Origin: an uncultured Deferribacteres bacterium
GTDB taxonomy: Bacteria > Zhuqueibacterota > Zhuqueibacteria > Zhuqueibacterales > Geothermadaptataceae
Assembly: GCA_964014485.1 (NCBI GenBank)
Contig: CAXHAT010000249.1
Span: forward strand, 1-10,049
Length of the DNA: 10,049 nt
Direction: 5' to 3'
The position numbers and the translations under genes are program-made. Shown one piece after another: positions 6,967 to 10,049 of the stretch (position 1 is its first letter; every line of letters starts with the position of its first letter). The notes beneath the pieces are model-generated. The model was not told where the DNA came from, did not search any database, and was given only the letters and a program-made list of their open reading frames with translations.

Positions 6967-9594
6967 CTATCGCGTCAAAACCATTTTCTTCTGAGCAACG
7001 AAATCGCCGGCTTGCAGTTTGTAAAAATACACGCCGCTGGGTAAATTTTCGCCGCTAAAAGCAACCGAGTGCTCGCCGGCGTTTAGCTGTTGGTTGACCA
7101 AAGTCGCCACTTCTTTGCCAAGCGCATCAAAAACTTTCAGCGTCACAAACTCTCGCCGTGGAATCGCAAATTGAATTTTCGTTCTTGGATTAAAGGGGTT
7201 CGGGTAGTTCTGTGACAAGGCGAACGTTGTGACTGGCGTAAGCCTATCGTCAGAAGGCGCACTGGAAATGGCGTCTATGCTGATTTTGTACATTGATCTG
7301 CCAAATGTTCCGGCGATCAATTCTCTGTTTGTTTGATCAATCACGAAGTCGTAAACCGAGACCATTGGCATACCAACCCCGAGCGGTTGCCAGAGTCCGC
7401 CGGCTGTTTCACTAACGTATACGCCAACATCCGTCGCCACAAAAACAACGTCCGAGTTGAATGGGTCAATCTCCACGGAATTTATGGGCGCGTCCGGGAG
7501 ATTGCCGCTTATATTTTCCCAACTCTGTCCAAAATCCGCCGTTCGGAAAATGTGCGGTTGCTTAGATTGCCATTTCAAACCTGAGAACGTGACGTACGCA
7601 ATCGCTGCGTCATCCGGATCGACGCGAACGCGCGTGACCCATCGTCTTGGCAAATTTCCGGAAACGTCCTGCCAATTATCGCCTCCGTCGCGAGTCACCC
7701 ATACGAATGAGTCGTCCGTTCCTGCGTAAATGACAGATGTGTCAGAAGCGCTGGGCGCAATGGTTGTGATCGTACCGACTGTTGAGCGTGCGTTTTGGCC
7801 AAAATTTGTAAGAATCGGACTGATCGATTTCCAATTTAAAGCGCCGTCCCACGTTTTGTAGACGCGATATGTTCCGTAGTATAATTTTTCTGAGTCGTTC
7901 GGATCCATAATCAAGGGCGTTGACCAGTTTTTCGGCTCGTTTTCCATGGCACTATTGACAATAGAGAACCAGCTCAGGCCGTCATTCACTGATTTCTCCG
8001 CATCACCAAATTGTGATTCTGCATAGATCGTACTTGGATTATCCGGATCAACGATGACATAAAAACCATCGCCGCCAAGAATGTCATGCCAGTCATCCTC
8101 TGCGCCGCCAGGCGAACGCACCGTACCGTTATCCTGTGTTCCGCCAAAACGCCTGTTCGAATTGGACGGATCAATATTGATATGGTAGAATTGCGTAATA
8201 GGCAAATTTTGAATTTTTATCCAGTTCTGGCCGGAATCAGTAGAGCGGTAAATACCGCCGTCGTTACCGAGGAGCATAACATTGGGTTCATCCGGTTTCC
8301 AGGTGAGCGCATGTTGATCAACGTGAACGGTTTGTCCCGGCCCCCCAGGTCTCGTCCCCGGCCAAGTAAATCCGCCATCCGTGGAGCGCATTAGCAAAAC
8401 GTCCAAAGCATAGACATTCTCCGGATCGGTAGGATTTACCCGAACTTGACCAAAATACCAGCTAAATCCGCCATTACCTTGATACAGGCCAGTACCAAAT
8501 GAAATTGTAAAGCGCGGGTCGGCGACCACCCAGTTTTCGCCGCTGTCGTGCGTACGATACAGGCTAAAATAGTTGAAGCCGTCGGTGTATAATGCGTACA
8601 AGTTATCGGGGAAATCGCGACAAATAGTTAAGCCAATGCGCCCGATTGGGATGGATGCTTCGGGAAGCCCGTTATTTTCGTTGAGCCTTTGCCAAGAATC
8701 GCCGCCGTCGGTTGAGCGATAGACGCCGGACAATGGGCCGGTAAATCTAGTCGGCGCTTCCGCAGGTCTGATCCGCTCCCAACCTGCTGCGTAGAGAATG
8801 TCAGAGTTCTCTGGATTCATGACCAAATCAATGACGCCCGCTGATTCACTCAAGAAAAAGATTTTCTTCCAAGTTTGTCCACCGTCTTCCGAGCGATAGA
8901 CGCCCCGATGTTCGTCTGGGGCGAAGTAGGCGCCAATGGCGGCTACATAAACGCGTTGAGAATCTCGCGGATCGATTAGGATTCGCGCAATCGAAGTTGT
9001 CTCAGCCAACCCGATATAATCCCAGGACGTCCCTCCATTGGTTGTTTTGAAAACGCCGCCGCCAGGGAAGTTGTTGTGTCCGCCGTTCGCTTCGCCGGTT
9101 CCGGCATAAACAATGTCCGCATTTTTCGGGTCGACAACCACATCGCCAATCGGTAGCACTGCTTGGTCATCGAATACCGGGTTCCAGGTCAGCCCTGCAT
9201 CGATTGATTTAAAAACGCCGCCCGCCGCCGTTCCCGCATAGGCGATGTTCGGATCGTTAGCCGCAAACGCCAAAGAGCTGATGCGGCCGCCAATATTTGT
9301 CGGCCCGAGGAATTCCCACTCGCTCATTAAGGCAGGCTTTCTCGGCTGTTTTTGCAATTTATTGGCTTCCCGAAGAGCTTCGATGTGAGCGTATTTATCT
9401 GCCTGTCCGTATGGAAAAATTCGCTGAAGCATCGCCCATTCACCCGGGTATTGCGACGGTCCATCTGTGTGCTCAAGAATATCGGCTGTGAGTTTGAGTT
9501 TTGGAAAGGAGGGATTGTGTGATGGAAAAATGAAAGCAAAAATAAGCCAGGCAAGACAAGCGGCGGCTAATACAAGTCTGGAGCGAAAAGACAT
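6967..9594 (-). CDS. Secreted Asp-box/BNR-repeat (VPS10/GH74-like fold) beta-propeller protein with C-terminal T9SS type-A-like sorting domain
   Basis: 875 aa with a basic-then-hydrophobic N-terminus. The propeller begins at WEFLGPTNIGGR and has about 12 S/T-x-D/N-x-G-x-x-W repeats (e.g. SIDAGLTW, TTNGGTSW, SEDGGQTW, STDGGDSW, STDSGQNW, TRDGGDNW, TADFGQSW). The C-terminus reads FALSQNYPNPFNP...VTLKVFDALGKEVATLVN...LPSGVYFYKL...KKMVLTR (~6970-7225). Confidence 0.9.
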   Translation of the reverse strand: MSFRSRLVLAAACLAWLIFAFIFPSHNPSFPKLKLTADILEHTDGPSQYPGEWAMLQRIFPYGQADKYAHIEALREANKLQKQPRKPALMSEWEFLGPTNIGGRISSLAFAANDPNIAYAGTAAGGVFKSIDAGLTWNPVFDDQAVLPIGDVVVDPKNADIVYAGTGEANGGHNNFPGGGVFKTTNGGTSWDYIGLAETTSIARILIDPRDSQRVYVAAIGAYFAPDEHRGVYRSEDGGQTWKKIFFLSESAGVIDLVMNPENSDILYAAGWERIRPAEAPTRFTGPLSGVYRSTDGGDSWQRLNENNGLPEASIPIGRIGLTICRDFPDNLYALYTDGFNYFSLYRTHDSGENWVVADPRFTISFGTGLYQGNGGFSWYFGQVRVNPTDPENVYALDVLLMRSTDGGFTWPGTRPGGPGQTVHVDQHALTWKPDEPNVMLLGNDGGIYRSTDSGQNWIKIQNLPITQFYHINIDPSNSNRRFGGTQDNGTVRSPGGAEDDWHDILGGDGFYVIVDPDNPSTIYAESQFGDAEKSVNDGLSWFSIVNSAMENEPKNWSTPLIMDPNDSEKLYYGTYRVYKTWDGALNWKSISPILTNFGQNARSTVGTITTIAPSASDTSVIYAGTDDSFVWVTRDGGDNWQDVSGNLPRRWVTRVRVDPDDAAIAYVTFSGLKWQSKQPHIFRTADFGQSWENISGNLPDAPINSVEIDPFNSDVVFVATDVGVYVSETAGGLWQPLGVGMPMVSVYDFVIDQTNRELIAGTFGRSMYKISIDAISSAPSDDRLTPVTTFALSQNYPNPFNPRTKIQFAIPRREFVTLKVFDALGKEVATLVNQQLNAGEHSVAFSGENLPSGVYFYKLQAGDFVAQKKMVLTR

Positions 9595-9999
9595 GTTTGA
9601 TAATCCGACGATTAGAGTTTTACTTGAGGATTTCAGGACAACGCTGTTTTCGGCATAGAAGGCAACGGAAAATGTGGGTTATTGGTTTGCCGGAATTTTT
9701 GCGTTTATCTTAAGAAGACCAACATGGAAATGCACTTTGGAGTTCCCGAAACAGAGAATTCCATCTTTATTGGTTTCAGTTCCAAAGATTCAGGGCACGT
9801 TTGATCTTCTTGTTGAAAAAATCTCTTTCTCTGTAAAAGCTTCTTTCATGTTCTGCCGATGATGACATGTCATATCGCAAAAAGATATGTGCTCAACAAT
9901 TGGAGTCAGCGCTAAACAATTGAACGAAATTCGTGTGGTTAGCGAGGAGTTTTCGTTGGGCCATGCCCAATAATTCGTGGCAGTATTTTCCCCAAAATT

Positions 10000-10039
10000 G
10001 AAAAGGCCTTCTTGCTTGATTTTGCAAGAAGGCCTTTTC
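10000..10039. terminator. Perfect 16-bp inverted repeat, probable rho-independent (possibly bidirectional) terminator
   Basis: GAAAAGGCCTTCTTGC (10000-10015), loop TTGATTTT, GCAAGAAGGCCTTTTC (10024-10039). T-runs follow the GC-rich core on both strands (minus strand: ...GGCCTTTTCAATTTT). Confidence 0.7.
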
Positions 10040-10049
10040 TTATGTCAGC

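Noticed and set aside
7300..9300. Recurrent DNA-level similarities such as GAGCGATAGACGCC occurring twice
   Set aside because: These are explained by the encoded Asp-box repeats (GVYRS). There is no regular spacing, so it is not a CRISPR array or DGR template.
1101..9594. Apparent higher GC in the propeller gene than in the glycan genes, as a sign of horizontal transfer
   Set aside because: This was judged by eye only. It is explainable by Gly/Pro/Ala-rich versus Phe/Ile/Lys-rich coding, and no mobility signatures are present.
424..9658. The many 60-118 aa alternative-frame and antisense ORFs in the track
   Set aside because: All lie within or largely overlap well-supported CDSs and show no recognisable motifs. 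They are shadow ORFs.
9674..9862. 62-aa + strand ORF in the intergenic region
   Set aside because: It has a GTG start with no convincing RBS or recognisable domain, and it overlaps likely regulatory DNA. It cannot be fully excluded without a homology search.

Overview
A surface-polysaccharide modification locus, probably at a contig edge, from a Gram-negative bacterium likely in the FCB group. The C-terminal 'QNYPNPFNP...LPSGVYFYKL...KKMVL' sorting domain resembles those of Ignavibacteria, Calditrichota and KSB1-like organisms; this taxonomy is inference. Bases 1-42 are not genomic: they are an untrimmed Illumina Nextera adapter that creates a false start for ORF 4..1005. The real content is a 5'-truncated GT4 glycosyltransferase (+) converging on a minus-strand run of five genes. 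In transcription order these are a secreted Asp-box/BNR beta-propeller protein with a T9SS-type C-terminal domain (6967-9594), a TuaC/WlbH-like GT4 (5634-6845), an AsnB-type glutamine amidotransferase (3718-5634), a second GT4 (2453-3643) and an O-antigen ligase/Wzy_C-family membrane protein (1101-2456). The last ~450 bp are non-coding and rich in dyad and direct repeats, ending in a perfect 16-bp hairpin. No mobile element, CRISPR array, rRNA or tRNA is visible. I cannot confidently identify a new system. The best candidate is speculative: a functional link between the T9SS-type cargo and an amidated glycan plus ligase module.
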